In this document: positions 27,161 to 39,830 of the stretch, piece by piece | Layout of the letters: every line of letters begins with the position of its first letter | Position numbering within the stretch: the first letter of the stretch is position 1 | Source: Tubiluchus corallicola | Taxonomy: Eukaryota > Animalia > Priapulida | Assembly (NCBI GenBank): GCA_030141605.1 | Contig: JAQGDQ010000319.1 | Location: forward strand, 186,001-250,000 | Reading direction: 5' to 3' | DNA: 64,000 nucleotides | The notes under the pieces: model-generated | Told to the model about the DNA's origin: nothing | Database searches by the model: none | What the model saw: the letters and a program-made list of their open reading frames with translations, nothing else | Made by a program: the position numbers and the translations under genes

Positions 27161-28957
27161 AAGTTCTGTGGCCGTATTAAGCAAGTTGATTAACCTGCTC
27201 TTATACTAACTATTGTTGAAGTTCTATGGCCGTATTAGGCAAGTTGATTAACCTGCTCTTATACTAACTATTGTTGAAGTTCTATGGCCGTATTAAGCAA
27301 GTTGATTAACCTGCTCTTATACTAACTATTGTTGAAGTTCTATGGCCGTATTAGGCAAGTTGGTTAACCTGCTCTTATACTAACTATTGCCGAAGTTCTA
27401 TGGCCGTATTAGGCAAGTTGATTAACCTGCTCTTATACTAACTATTGTTGAAGTTCTACGGCCGTATTAGGCAAGTTGATTAACCTGCTCTTATACTAAC
27501 TATTGTTGAAGTTCTATGGCCGTATTAAGCAAGTTGATTAACCTGCTCTTATACTAACTATTGCCGAAGTTCTATGGCCGTATTAAGCAAGTTGATTAAC
27601 CTGCTCTTATACTAACTATTGTTGAAGTTCTACGGCTGTATTAGGCAAGTTGATTAATCTGCTCTTATACTAACTATTGTTGAAGTTCTATGGCCGTATT
27701 AGGCAAGTTGATTAATCTGCTTTTATACTAACTATTGTTGACGTTCTATGGCCGTATTAGGCAATTTGATTAACTTGCTCTTATACTAAATATTGTTGAA
27801 GTTCTATGGCCGTATTAGACAAGTTGATTAACCTGCTCTTATACTAAATATTGTTGAAGTTCTATGGCCGTATTAGGCAAGTTGATTAACCTGCTTTTAT
27901 ACTAACTATTGTTGAAGTTCTATGGCCGTATTAGGCAAGTTGATTAACCTGCTCTTATACTAACTATTGTTGAAGTTCTATGGCCGTATTAGGCAAGTTG
28001 ATTAACCTGCTCTTAAACTAACTATTGTTGAAGTTCTATGGCCGTATTAGGCAAGTTGATTAACCTGCTCTTATACTAACTATTGTTGAAGTTCTATGGC
28101 CGTATTAAGCAAGTTGATTAACCTGCTCTTATACTAACTATTGTTGAAGTTCTATGGCCGTATTAGGCAAGTTGGTTAACCTGCTCTTATACTAACTATT
28201 GCCGAAGTTCTATGGCCGTATTAGCAAGTTGATTAACCTGCTCTTATACTAACTATTGTTGAAGTTCTATGGCCGTATTAAGCAAGTTGATTAACCTGCT
28301 CTTATACTAACTATTGTTGAAGTTCTATGGCCGTATTAAGCAAGTTGATTAACCTGCTCTTATACTAACTATTGTTGAAGTTCTATGGCCGCATTAGGCA
28401 AGTTGATTAACCTGCTCTTATACTAACTATTGTTGAAGTTCTATGGCCGTATTAAGCAAGTTGATTAACCTGCTCTTATACTAACTATTGTCGAAGTTCT
28501 ATGGCCGTATTAGACAAGTTGATTAACCTGCTCTTATACTAACTATTGTTGAAGTTCTATGGCCGTATTAAGCAAGTTGATTAACCTGCTCTTATACTAA
28601 CTATTGCCGAAGTTCTATGGCCGTATTAAGCAAGTTGATTAACCTGCTCTTATACTAACTATTGTTGAAGTTCTATGGCCGTATTAGGCAAGTTGATTAA
28701 CCTGCTCTTATACTAAATATTGTTGAAGTTCTATGGCTGTATTATGCAAGTTGATTAACCTGCTTTTATACTAACTATTGTTGAAGTTCTATGGCCGTAT
28801 TAGGCAAGTTGATTAACCTGCTCTTATACTAAATATTGTTGAAGTTCTATGGCCGTATTAGGCAAGTTGATTAACCTGCTCTTATACTAACTGTTGTTGA
28901 AGTTCTATGGCCGTATTAGGCAAGTTGATTAACCTGCTCTTATACTAACTATTGTTG
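27161..28957. repeat. 58-bp satellite, ~31 copies
   Basis: Unit AAGTTCTATGGCCGTATTAGGCAAGTTGATTAACCTGCTCTTATACTAACTATTGTTG. Confidence 0.95.
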
Positions 28958-29047
28958 TATTGAAACAAATTTCAGTGGCATGTCCGTTGAATTGGTTCAT
29001 ATCTGGGCCACATTTACAGAATTTCATCAGGGTAGGTTTGCAAATGT

Positions 29048-29869
29048 TTACAACATGACACTGTGGAGTACTAGAAGACTAAGTTGTATCAATAGCCTGC
29101 AGACAGGTACTGATAATGTGGCTGTGTCAGGACATGTGGGGGTAGTAGAAACTGGTCGATCAGTAGGATCCGCCAGATTTTTGAAAAATACTGGATACTT
29201 GTCAGGACTTAACCAAGGAATTTCAACAGACGTAATTTCCTCTGGATTGTCTTCATCTTCTTTGAAGTACAGTACTGCATCGGTCCTCAGCGTGCTGTGA
29301 GTCAGGTGCCAAAATCGACCATAAAAGCTCAAAAAGAAGGCATCCTTCTCCGAATCGAGCGGGTCGAGATAGCCAGTGCCCAGACCCATTTCGAAGTGCA
29401 GCGAGTCCATTGTAGCATTGTACGAAATATGGACCGTTCCTCCGAAATGGTGTTTGTACTCGCCGACGTAATCTTCAAGAGACCTCAATGAGGTTCTTGC
29501 AGTTTTCGAGTTTTGAGGCATTTCTTTAAAATTGGATTCTTCGTCGAGTCCTTGCTTCCAAGCTTCCGGAAATGGAAATGAGCAGGCAGTGGTGTTATCC
29601 AGCCACGGATCAAGTTCCAGCAAGATATCTGCAGCAGAGAAGGCAGCAAGTTGCAGTGCAAGGATGTTTTGGGCATCGGTTGGACCGTTATTACTGATGA
29701 AGACACCAGCATTTACATCTGGAAGAACCAACATCTCTGCATTGTAACCAGTCAGTGCACCATCATGGTATAAACCACGAAAACCTGAATGAAAAATTTA
29801 GTACAGTGTTCCGTATTCATATTTCTCGTTTCAGTATCTATCTATTATATTAATATTCTTGGTATGTTT

Positions 29870-29928
<59 letters not shown>

Positions 29929-32900
29929 GATTCGAGGCTACAGCCCGGACGAGGGCACCATTTGCGGCCATCTATACATCAAACGAAAGGTCTCGATCTA
30001 GTGTCGTCTCATTGGGGGTTTATTTTTCGAGTGGGGCCCACCGAGAGGAACGGGGGGCAAAAAACCTCCAAAAATGGCCATTTTTCGGCCGTTTTTTGCA
30101 AAAGTTATACGGCTGAGATGTGGAGAACGGGAATGGGCCGAGGAGGGTGCTGGGTATGGATAGATAGCCCGTTCAGCGGTGGGTGTCATAGGGATATATA
30201 TTTAGAATTCGCGATAGGGCCACGGCGTCCCGCAACGGGCGTTTTCCCGGACCCAACTCGCGATTTTTTCGAAATTTTGACCAAACAGCCTGCGGAAAAA
30301 ATGTTCTAGCGGCGCCTGGTGGGACTCCTGTTATATATTAATGCCAGAACGAGTGCACGTATATTCATTTTTTAAAGCAAACTTGTTCGGAAAGAAGAAA
30401 ATGTCAGGATTGAATCAAGAACTTTTGCATTACAAGTGTTAGTGCTGTGATCACTAGACTATACAGTAGGGTTGAGCATTCTCTACCAGAAAGTGAATTC
30501 GAATCGAACCGAATTTGTGACTTTCAAATTCGAATCGAACCGAACTTCAGTGTTTCGAATTCGAACCGAATTCGAATTGAGATTGAAAGATTTTCGAACA
30601 AGTTTTCGAACCACCAGTAAAAATTAGTCTTACAAAGATCATGCCTATCACTAGATTTTGTTCTGCAATAAGACGAATAGTAATTTCTTTAAAATTGTGC
30701 ACAGAAATCACTTCTAAATTAAGCTAATTGCATGATGTTTCAATCGTTTTAATGATGAAGAACATATGTGATTGAAGTACTGAATTATTCGAATCTATAG
30801 TCTTGGATTCGAATCGAGTTCGAAATAAAAAAAACTCGTTCGAATCGAATTCGAACGTTCGATGCTCACGCTTACTATACAGACCTGTTATACTCATTAA
30901 GCAACTTACTTTAGTAATATTATAACAGTCGTTTTACAATGCATCTTACAGTATATAATATGATACGAACACTAGTGTCCTATAGACATTGTGAATATTT
31001 GCAGACCAATGGCTTCACGTTTGAGGAGAAGCCCAGGTGTTAGTGATGCCAGACAGCTGCTAATAAAAGACCGAGGGACGCACAAAGCGGGATAGATAGT
31101 TTGGGAAACGTTTCTATAAAATAATTATACTGGGATTTCATTTACCATATGGAATTTTAATATTACTGTTGTTATGTATTAGAGCGCGGGACTACTTTGT
31201 GATGTTTACGATAGACGTAATGGGCATATGATGATGATTATTGCTTTGCTGCTTTTCCATTGTCTTTTTTCATTAGCATTGTTTGTGGAATGTCTTGTTA
31301 AGTTCATTAAGGCCCGTTGCTAATGACGACGACGGATCATTAATGCTCTGTTATTCTCACGATTACGCCTGCATTTTGATTAATGTCCAGTGTATTCCGT
31401 TGTGTTCGTGTTAATAATTTCTTTTTCATTTGCAAATAAACGCTTTCCCCCGCACGTGTAAGCCTATTATCACGCAAAAATCATTAAAATAATTTTGAAT
31501 TGAACTGAAGGCTTGGTATTTACCTCTGTAGGTGGCGCTGTAAAATCCAAGTCCATACCCCACCGTAGTTATTGTCACCGGAATTTTTGGCTGTCCAACA
31601 AACCAATTATACTGCTGGTGTTCCCTGTGCAGCTGTTGAAACAGTTCAGCTGAAACCATTTCACTGCCATCTTCCGGGTTCGTTCCGTTTCCTAATTGGA
31701 ACATCAGCCATTGCGCCATTTCAGTTGGTTTAACACAAAGCCCGCCAGCTGGCTCTGCTGGATGAACAATCCTGAAAACGCAGCATTATGACCGATAGAA
31801 TAGAAATGTTAATCTCATTAGTGGCTAAACAAAAATGACAGTGTAATAACAGTAAACTTAATAAGTCCTGACTGAATGAAGCCAATAGCAAAGATTTACA
31901 AGAGATGTCGCCAGTAATTACATTAAAAAGTCGATTACCTTTGGCTTTGACTTTTGAAATTGGTTCACATTAAATTTTAAAACAAAACACGAAACAAATT
32001 TCACAAATCTGAATTTGAATTATTATTTGCCTTACTCAACCACAATTTTGTCTACTCTAGCAAAGCCTTCATCCAATACAAAAGCGTGTGGCTTGGCTAT
32101 TGTGTCCCATTCTTCTGGATGCAGATCTGGCGACATAAATACGGCTGATTTCATATGCAGTGGATCCAGTAAGTTCTCTTTTACAAGCTCTTCATAGGTT
32201 TTGCCAGAACCATCTATAATTTCTGCTGCTCGACCCGCAAGAGCGTAATAGTAATTGTTGTAAGAGAACTCTGTTCGAAGAGGTACGACTTCCTCTAAGA
32301 ACTGCAGACGACTGAAACAGATTCATTGCATATTAACTGAAGACAACTCACAAAATTTCTGATAAATTTCTTTTTTTAGGTTTCTGAGGGGTATTTAGAA
32401 GATTCTTCTCGAAAAGTGCTTGCCGTATATCAGGTCCCCGTGCAAGTACTTCGTATCACTGTTGCCTCTTAATGTGTTTAAAAAACGTTTCTGTATTTGG
32501 AGCAGTTGAATATAACTACAACTTGCTCAATATATAACATGTTTAAACAAGTCACGCAACAACGATAAACTTCGTTCAGCATCCCATTGTTAATCTGACA
32601 AACGCGAACTCTGCAAAAAAAATTGTGGTTAAGCTGACAACGACAACTGTTAACACAACCATACTACGTTATAATCATAATTCATGATAATAATAATTTA
32701 CTCGCTTCAAATCTATTAAATGCTGTAGGGGTTTATAGTCAAAAATAGATAAAAAGTGTGAGTAAGAATGCATCATAATGAACTTAAAAATTATACACTT
32801 TACTAAAAACAAAAGAGCATAGTTAAATAATACCTATAATATAAATCTACAGAAAAAATGTAGGATATAATGGAAATCCAGTTTAAATTAATTTAATTAT

Positions 32901-35808
32901 GTAATTACAGTTTAAAGTTTTTTCAATTAAAAAGGTTTTGAGCGTATAACTGTTGCCTCTTAATGTGTTTAAAAAACGTTTCTGTATTTTGAGCAGTGTT
33001 GTTTGTAGTTTCACTGGGCATTTTTGTTGAATTATGGCAACAAATCACATGCTTAAGAATTTGTAAATAATATAAACAATATAAACACATTTTAGTTAAA
33101 AATGCGGTTATGTTTTAACATGGAAAAATCTTGCTACCACGGATTTTTAATTTAAATTTTCAAAGGATATTTTTAAGGGCCTTTATTCAATTGGGAGCTT
33201 GTCTTGAGGTCACTTTTTCAACTTAAGTTAATAATTTTTTTCACGAACCAAAACTGAAAAACGGAGTGTATACAGAAAACAGATGAGTGTAACACAAAAA
33301 AAAACGTCAAAAGTGCAAAACATAATCTCAAAATGAGATCATTTGATAAAGCGGCATACTCTAGCAATGCACTTCGAGACATCTCAATGAATTCCCCTAT
33401 TCTTCTTGGTCCATCAAACCTTTGAGAACCCATTCGTTGAGCAAGCAAATCTTGAAGCATACCATATTCAGTGCGCAGTTCATCATGTAAATTGAAATCA
33501 TTTCCTAAGATGTCTTGTATCCGACTGTTAAAACTGAACTGCCTGTAAAGAGAATTCGTGGCAAACTGTTAGATAATACTGTAACCGCATCCACTGACAA
33601 ATTTTGAAATTTAATGAAGGTAGGATCATTTTATGATTACACTGGATCAACAAGGTTTGAAAATTACACCATATAAAACTGTTCAAGCTATCTAATTTTT
33701 CGCATACGTATAGTTATTTAAATATATTTTGAGCTGCGTGTTAACACTTACAAGTATTTATTAAGTACATAACTTTTCATCTTCTTACTCTTAAATCAAT
33801 TTCAGAGCAACTTGTATAAGTTTTATCAACTGCAGTAGTGCGATCTTACTTTATTTTCAACATAGAAAAGTCACTATTGATTCTCAAATAAAAACAGGGC
33901 AATAAAACAAATGAAGATGTTCTTCTTTAAAAAAAATTCTCCTGCTTCTCACGGTCTTACCTTGGACATTCCTACATGCGCAATTAAAAGTTGTTGTTGG
34001 TATCCTTCTATCTCGGAAGACAATGGACTGTGCACCAAGAGAGTCAGTTATTGATCACATTAATCGAGCTGCAGCGTCGACTGTGGCTGAGCAATCCGAT
34101 TCTTGAACCACTGGAGTGGCCTTTCCAGGGCGCACGCTTGGGCAAGGTGTATGGAGATCCGGAGTTGCCCAGACAACAGGAACCCCCTCTCTTCCTCCCT
34201 GGTGTAGTCCAAAGGAAAGCATTTGGCACTAGGTTGGCTGCAGGAGCTGCCGGAATCAGTGAGCATGCTGCACGGGTCCGCCTTCGGGGCTCCACTCCTG
34301 ATTTGGAAGGTTTACTCCTCTACACATGGCCGTTGGGTCACTTGACCTCCTCCGCCCTCTTGTGCAGCTCCTCCGCCTAGTGTCGAGATACATTGTGGGC
34401 ATCCCGCAAGCCTACAGTATCTGGTATTCCTAGGCGGTCACCCATCCATGTACTGACCAGGCTCTACGTTGCTTAGCTTCGGTGATCAGACGAGAACCGG
34501 TGTTTTCAACGTGATGTGGCCGTAGAATTAACAGTTCTTATAAATAAATTCAGTTTTTTCTTTGAGCTACTTGTAATTAGAATTCTCTACAAAGAAAGTG
34601 TTGCCCTGAAAACTACCACCTCGTGTAGAAGAAGAAGAAGAAGAATAGATGTCTTCTATTTTGGGTTTCTATCACTAGCAACTTAATTAGAATAATTCTA
34701 TTTTTAAATCCTATTCATATTTTCATATTTTTTTGGAATTGTTCCTATTTTCAACTTTCTGTCATGGCGTCTCACCCCGAGTGACCTTTGACCTTGTTTG
34801 AAAAAATTGTAACACTTACGGATTTTTTGTTAGCACAGCAGCCAGCAAAGTTGACGTGAATGTCTTAGTGACAGAAGCAATGCAGAATCGGTGATCTACA
34901 GTCAGTTCTTCCTGCGTTTCTATGTCTGCAACTCCATAAGTTTTATTATAAACGATCTCATTGTCTTTTACCATCACTATGCTCACGCCAGGACCAAAGT
35001 GCAGACATTCCATAAGCTGAAAGTAGAACGAAAATATCCTAACAGAAGATGGCGCTGGTAATAAATTGTAAAAATCTGATAATCAGAGACTGAGGTAACT
35101 TGGCACTGGGAAATATATAGTACTTCGAAGACTTAATTAGTAGAAGTCTGACACAAAGGCGAATGATCTCTACTACTTGAAAGATTTAATTGGCATAGAA
35201 AACTGACTCAAATGTGAAGCATATGTATACTATTTGAGAACTTATTCAATAGAAAAATTACACAAAGATTCATACAACTTTGACGACGTAATTAGTAGAA
35301 GTCTTATATAAAGGCAAATGATCGGAATTGCTTTGACAATCTAGTTTGTGTGCTCTGTCGAAATTTTACTATTAATAATTACTTGACGTAGACGCGAACG
35401 GTATATACTACTTTGGTGGCAGAAAGTGGGACAAATGAGGGTCATCTATACTACTCTGTGCGTAGGCTTTGTTGTAATTTTAGTTTGAATAGTAGTTGAC
35501 ATTGAAGCAAACGATATATACTACTCTAATGCCTTGCTAACACGAAAGTGTATGATTCGTACTACTCTGGTAGACAAAGTACGTAATGTGTTGAAATCAT
35601 TGTAAGAGAATTACAAAAGTAAAATACGACCCATGGTTACTTTCATAGCAGTAAGTAACTCTAGGTAACAAACATGACAAACAAAACTTACAGAATGGAT
35701 CAAATCATCCAGCCATGACGTCTTTTCTTCACTAAGTGGCTCCGTTACCGCAGAGCAAAGAAGAACCAGACTCACAACAGAAATTGCAAACCGAACTTTT
35801 TTCTCCAT
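29048..35808 (-). CDS. secreted beta-lactamase/penicillin-binding-protein-like serine hydrolase, 585 aa, 6 exons, possibly GPI-anchored
   Basis: Exons 35808-35692, 35016-34820, 33542-33360, 32311-32036, 31771-31524, 29784-29048 (1758 nt, phases consistent). Signal peptide; PGVSIVMVK..YGVAD; SxxK (IASVTKTF); YxN (FSYNNYYY); LDPLHM; PAGGL; YGLGF; HxG (YHDGALTGY); hydrophobic C-terminal tail. Confidence 0.9.
29866..29924. repeat. (TA)n(GA)n compound microsatellite followed by a ~400-bp GC-rich unclassified insertion (to ~30335)
   Basis: Direct observation; abrupt rise in GC content within an AT-rich intron. Confidence 0.7.
30467..30874. mobile_element. hAT (Ac-like) MITE
   Basis: Perfect 8-bp TSD CTATACAG (30459-30466 and 30875-30882); termini TAGGGTTGAGCAT ... 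ATGCTCACGCTTA; subterminal TTCGAA/ATCGAA repeats. Confidence 0.85.
33993..34525 (-). mobile_element. 5S rRNA-derived SINE (SINE3-type), near full-length copy in hydrolase intron 2
   Basis: 5S head reads through with no T-run terminator into a ~415-bp body homologous to 48014-48443; (CAA)n tail; 11-bp TSD AATTAAAAGTT / AATTAACAGTT (1 mismatch). Confidence 0.85.
34408..34525 (-). rRNA. 5S rRNA-derived sequence (SINE head, probably not a functional rRNA gene)
   Basis: CTACGGCCACATCACGTTGAAAACACCGGTTCTCGTCTGATCACCGAAGCTAAGC...TGGATGGGTGACCGCCTAGGAATACC...GTAGGCTT matches the metazoan 5S consensus including A and C boxes. Confidence 0.85.
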
Positions 35809-36161
35809 GCTTGTAGCAACTACTTATAATACACTCGTAAAGATGAGGGTGCCTTGGAGTAATTACACTTACTTTGAAGTAAACTGTAATTCACCGATTT
35901 CTTTTGTTTTGCGACAGTATTTAACGACAAAAGTAGTTATTTAATTTATGTTATTACCAGTATAGTTTAGCTATAATATTGCTCATATTTGCTTCTCAGT
36001 AGGTTACATGCGTTTACTTGACCAGAGGGCAGATTCCTATCATTCGGATCTAATCCGTTTTCCAAGTGCCATCTGTTAATTTGTCAAATACAGAATAATT
36101 TGATATATTTCTTAACAGTCTGTAACTTTATTGCACTTTAACTAAACGTATTTAATGATTT

Positions 36162-36290
36162 CTATTATTGCGCTACTGAGTAGGTTGTGCTATTATTGTG
36201 CTACTCAGTAGGTTGCGCTATTATTGTGCTACTCAGTAGGTTGTGCTATTATTGTGCTACTCAGTAGGTTGTGCTATTATTGTGCTACTC
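36162..36290. repeat. 28-bp minisatellite, ~4.5 copies
   Basis: CTATTATTGTGCTACTCAGTAGGTTGTG repeated. Confidence 0.85.
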
Positions 36291-36459
36291 GACACTTTCT
36301 GTCTCTGTCTGAAGAGTAAACAGGATACAGGCGTACAAAGATGCAGAATCTGCTGCCAAGATATAAACGAGGAAGGAATTTGTTGTTCGACTGCAGAAGA
36401 AGAGCCTGCTGTTTATGTGCACTCAAGAATCGAGTATTGTCTTAACACTGCAGGAGAAA

Positions 36460-38275
36460 TGAGTATGTCTCAACGATGCACAAGAAGTGAGTATGTCTTA
36501 ACGATGCATAACAAGTGAGTATGTTCTTAAAGATGCATAAGAAGTGAGTATGTTCTTAACGATGCATAAGAAGTGAGTATGTTCTTAAAGATGCATAAGA
36601 AGTGAGTATGTTCTTAACGATGCATAAGAAGTGAGTATGTTCTTAACGATGCATAAGAAGTGAGTATGTTCTTAAGTGCAAAGAAGAGTATGTCTTAACG
36701 TGCACAAGAAGTGAGTATGTTTTAACGATGCATAACAAGTGAGTATGTTCTTAACGATGCATAAGAAGTGAGTATGTTCTTAACGATGCATAAGAAGTGA
36801 GTATGTTCTTAAAGATGCACAAGACGTGAGTATGTCTTAACGATGCATAACAAGTGAGTATGTTCTTAAAGATGCATAAGAAGTGAGTATGTTCTTAACG
36901 ATGCATAAGAAGTGAGTATGTTCTTAACGATGCATAAGAAGTGAGTATGTTCTTAACGATGCATAAGAAGTGAGTATGTTCTTAACGATGCATAAGAAGT
37001 GAGTATGTTCTTAACGACGCATAAGAAGTGAGTATGTTCTTAAAGGTGCATAAGAAGTGAGTATGTTCTTAACGATGCATAAGAAGTGAGTATGTCTTAA
37101 TGCTGCACAAGAATCGAGTATGTACTTAACACTGCACAAGAAGTGAGTATGTTTCAACGATGCATAACAAGTGAGTATGTTCTTAACGATGCATAAGAAG
37201 TGAGTATGTTCTTAACGATGCATAAGAAGTGAGTATGTTCTTAGCGATGCATAAGAAGTGAGTATGTTTCAACGATGCATAACAAGTGAGTATGTTCTTA
37301 AAGATGCACAAGAAGTGAGTATGTTTCAACGATGCATAACAAGTGAGTATGTTCTTAAAGATGCACAAGACGTGAGTATGTCTTAACGATGCATAACAAG
37401 TGAGTATGTTCTTAAAGATGCATAAGAAGTGAGTATGTTCTTAACGATGCATAAGAAGTGAGTATGTTCTTAGCGATGCATAAGAAGTGAGTATGTTCTT
37501 AAAGGTGCACAAGAAGTGAGTATGTTCTTAACGATGCGCAAGAAGTGAGTATGTTCTTAACGATGCATAAGAGTGAGTATGTTCTTAAGTGCATAAGAAG
37601 TGAGTATGTTCTTAACGATGCATAAAGTGGTATGTTCTTAACGATGCATAAGAAGTGAGTATGTTCTTAACGATGCATAAGAAGTGAGTATGTTCTTAAC
37701 GATGCATAAGAAGTGAGTATGTTCTTAAGTGCATAAGAAGTGGTATGTTCTTAACGATGCATAAGAAGTGAGTATGTTCTTAACGATGCATAAGAAGTGA
37801 GTATGTTCTTAACGATGCATAAGAAGTGAGTATGTTCTTAACGATGCATAAGAAGTGAGTATGTTCTTAACGATGCATAAGAAGTGAGTATGTTCTTAAC
37901 GATGCATAAGAAGTGAGTATGTTCTTGAAGGTACATAAGAAGTGAGTATGTTCTTAACGATGCATAAGAAGTGAGTATGTTCTTAACGATGCATAAGAAG
38001 TGAGTATGTTCTTAACGATGCATAAGAAGTGAGTATGTTCTTAACGATGCATAAGAAGTGAGTATGTTCTTAAAGGTGCATAAGAAGTGAGTATGTTCTT
38101 AACGATGCATAAGAAGTGAGTATGTTCTTAACGATGCATAAGAAGTGAGTATGTTCTTAACGATGCATAAGAAGTGAGTATGTTCTTGAAGGTACATAAG
38201 AAGTGAGTATGTTCTTAACGATGCATAAGAAGTGAGTATGTTCTTAACGATGCATAAGAAGTGAGTATGTTCTTA
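36460..38275. repeat. 29-bp satellite, ~62 copies, with decayed flanks
   Basis: Unit GTGAGTATGTTCTTAACGATGCATAAGAA. Confidence 0.95.
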
Positions 38276-39479
38276 TTGCTGCACAAGAACCGAGAATGTT
38301 ATTAAGACTGCACAAGGACCGAGTACGTTCTTATGGTTGCCCAAGAAGTGAGTGTGCTGTTTGCACTGCAAAACAGTGACCCTAATTTGTTGTATACACT
38401 TTCGAAGGACGTAGTCTACTGTTCGCACTGTACAAGCATTGAGATCGTTGCTTACACTGCACGCTGATCGAGTCCACTGTGACTGTTGATGGAAGGATCT
38501 AGTCCAGTGTTTAACTTTACTGCACAAAGATTAAGACTGCAGAGTCTACATTGCAGTCCATTGTTTATGCTGCACTTAAGTTGCACAATAGGACAGAATC
38601 TATTATTTACAACCTCTGGGACCCTCATCTGTTGTTTCACTGTCCCAAGACCGAGTCCGCTGCTTGCACTGTACGAGGACCTAGCCCGCTTTTATAATGC
38701 AAAAGGACCTAGCATATATTTCAATGTTTATGGTACGCACATATTTGCTTGCACCTGTAATTATATTACAAATTCCGTTACTGTGAAAAGCTACGGTCTA
38801 GCAAATCTGACAAAGCTAACAGCATGAATTTTCGTCGCGCCATCTTTTTATTCAAGTGATATGTATTTATCTCCTCATTAGTTTATTCTGTCTGCTGTGA
38901 TGGTCCCACTTTTCCTCCCATCCTGTTATGATAATTCCGGTTTCTGTACTTAAGCCTTAAGGTCACGAAAGATATAAACCTCTGCGAAATCTGGAAAAAT
39001 TGCTCTTGCCGTCAAAGCGAGAAGATTTTAGCTCAAATTTGGGTCATGGGCATAAATAAGTGAGCTGATTTCTGAATAATTTTGAATGAAACATGATATT
39101 TTCTATAGCAGTCAATAGGGGGAGACTCCTGTCTAAGGCTTACCAGTAGGCTAATATAAATTCATTCATTACATCATTCTATTTTGAAGCACTAAAAGTT
39201 TTCTTTATCATACGATTCACTTCAAATTTTTAGATTATTTTCATAACTTTTTTTCTTTCATTGTGTGGGACAATCTAACAAGCCCTGCTGTTTGATTGCC
39301 CGCAACACATTTGCATTTGTATACAGGTAAACAGTGTGTGATGCTTTTCTTGTGCAGAAACAATAAAAGTTTATTTGTATTATGTTCATTGTAGGCCCTT
39401 TCACTAGATATATTGTACATGAACCTATTGTAAATGTGTCATGTGAAATAAATGACTTATGACTTATATAAGCTACAGC

Positions 39480-39830
39480 TTGCGGCCGCTCAAGCTTGGG
39501 GGCGGGGGGTCTCAAACTTTAGTAACATTTGGCAAAAAATAATTTTTCACTGTGTTGAAATAATAATAATATCATGATTTGGTTTGTAGCAAATAGTAAA
39601 ATCGTGGCATTTCTTAAAGAATCTTTTCATTGGAAAAACAAAAGACAGCTATTCAAGTTTATTTAAAGAATTTTCAGTAAGTTTACTTCAGGCTGTGTAA
39701 ATGTTGCAAAAATACATCACGCGTAAAGATTTTCAAAGAAATACGTGCCAAGGAGTTAGAGGGTGGGTCTGTCTGAGAGGGCCCCATAATTTCATTAGCT
39801 TAGGACGTCAAAAGGTCATGATCCGGGGAC
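39480..39830 (-). mobile_element. degenerate MITE related to the element at 17029
   Basis: Reverse complement GGATCATGACCTTTTGACGTCCTAAGCTAATGAAATTATGGGGCC resembles GGATTATGATCTTTTGGGGCCCCCAGTCTAATGAAATTATCAGGCC at ~17036. Confidence 0.5.

Noticed and set aside
34044-34380. Similar short ORFs here and at 48108-48490
   Set aside because: Similarity reflects the shared SINE body; indels shift frames between the copies.
34408-34525. Functional 5S rRNA gene
   Set aside because: No oligo-T terminator, substitutions relative to consensus, dispersed with TSD and a shared downstream body.
27161-38275. 58-bp and 29-bp satellites as dimer and monomer of one family
   Set aside because: Lengths are 2:1 but I see no sequence similarity.
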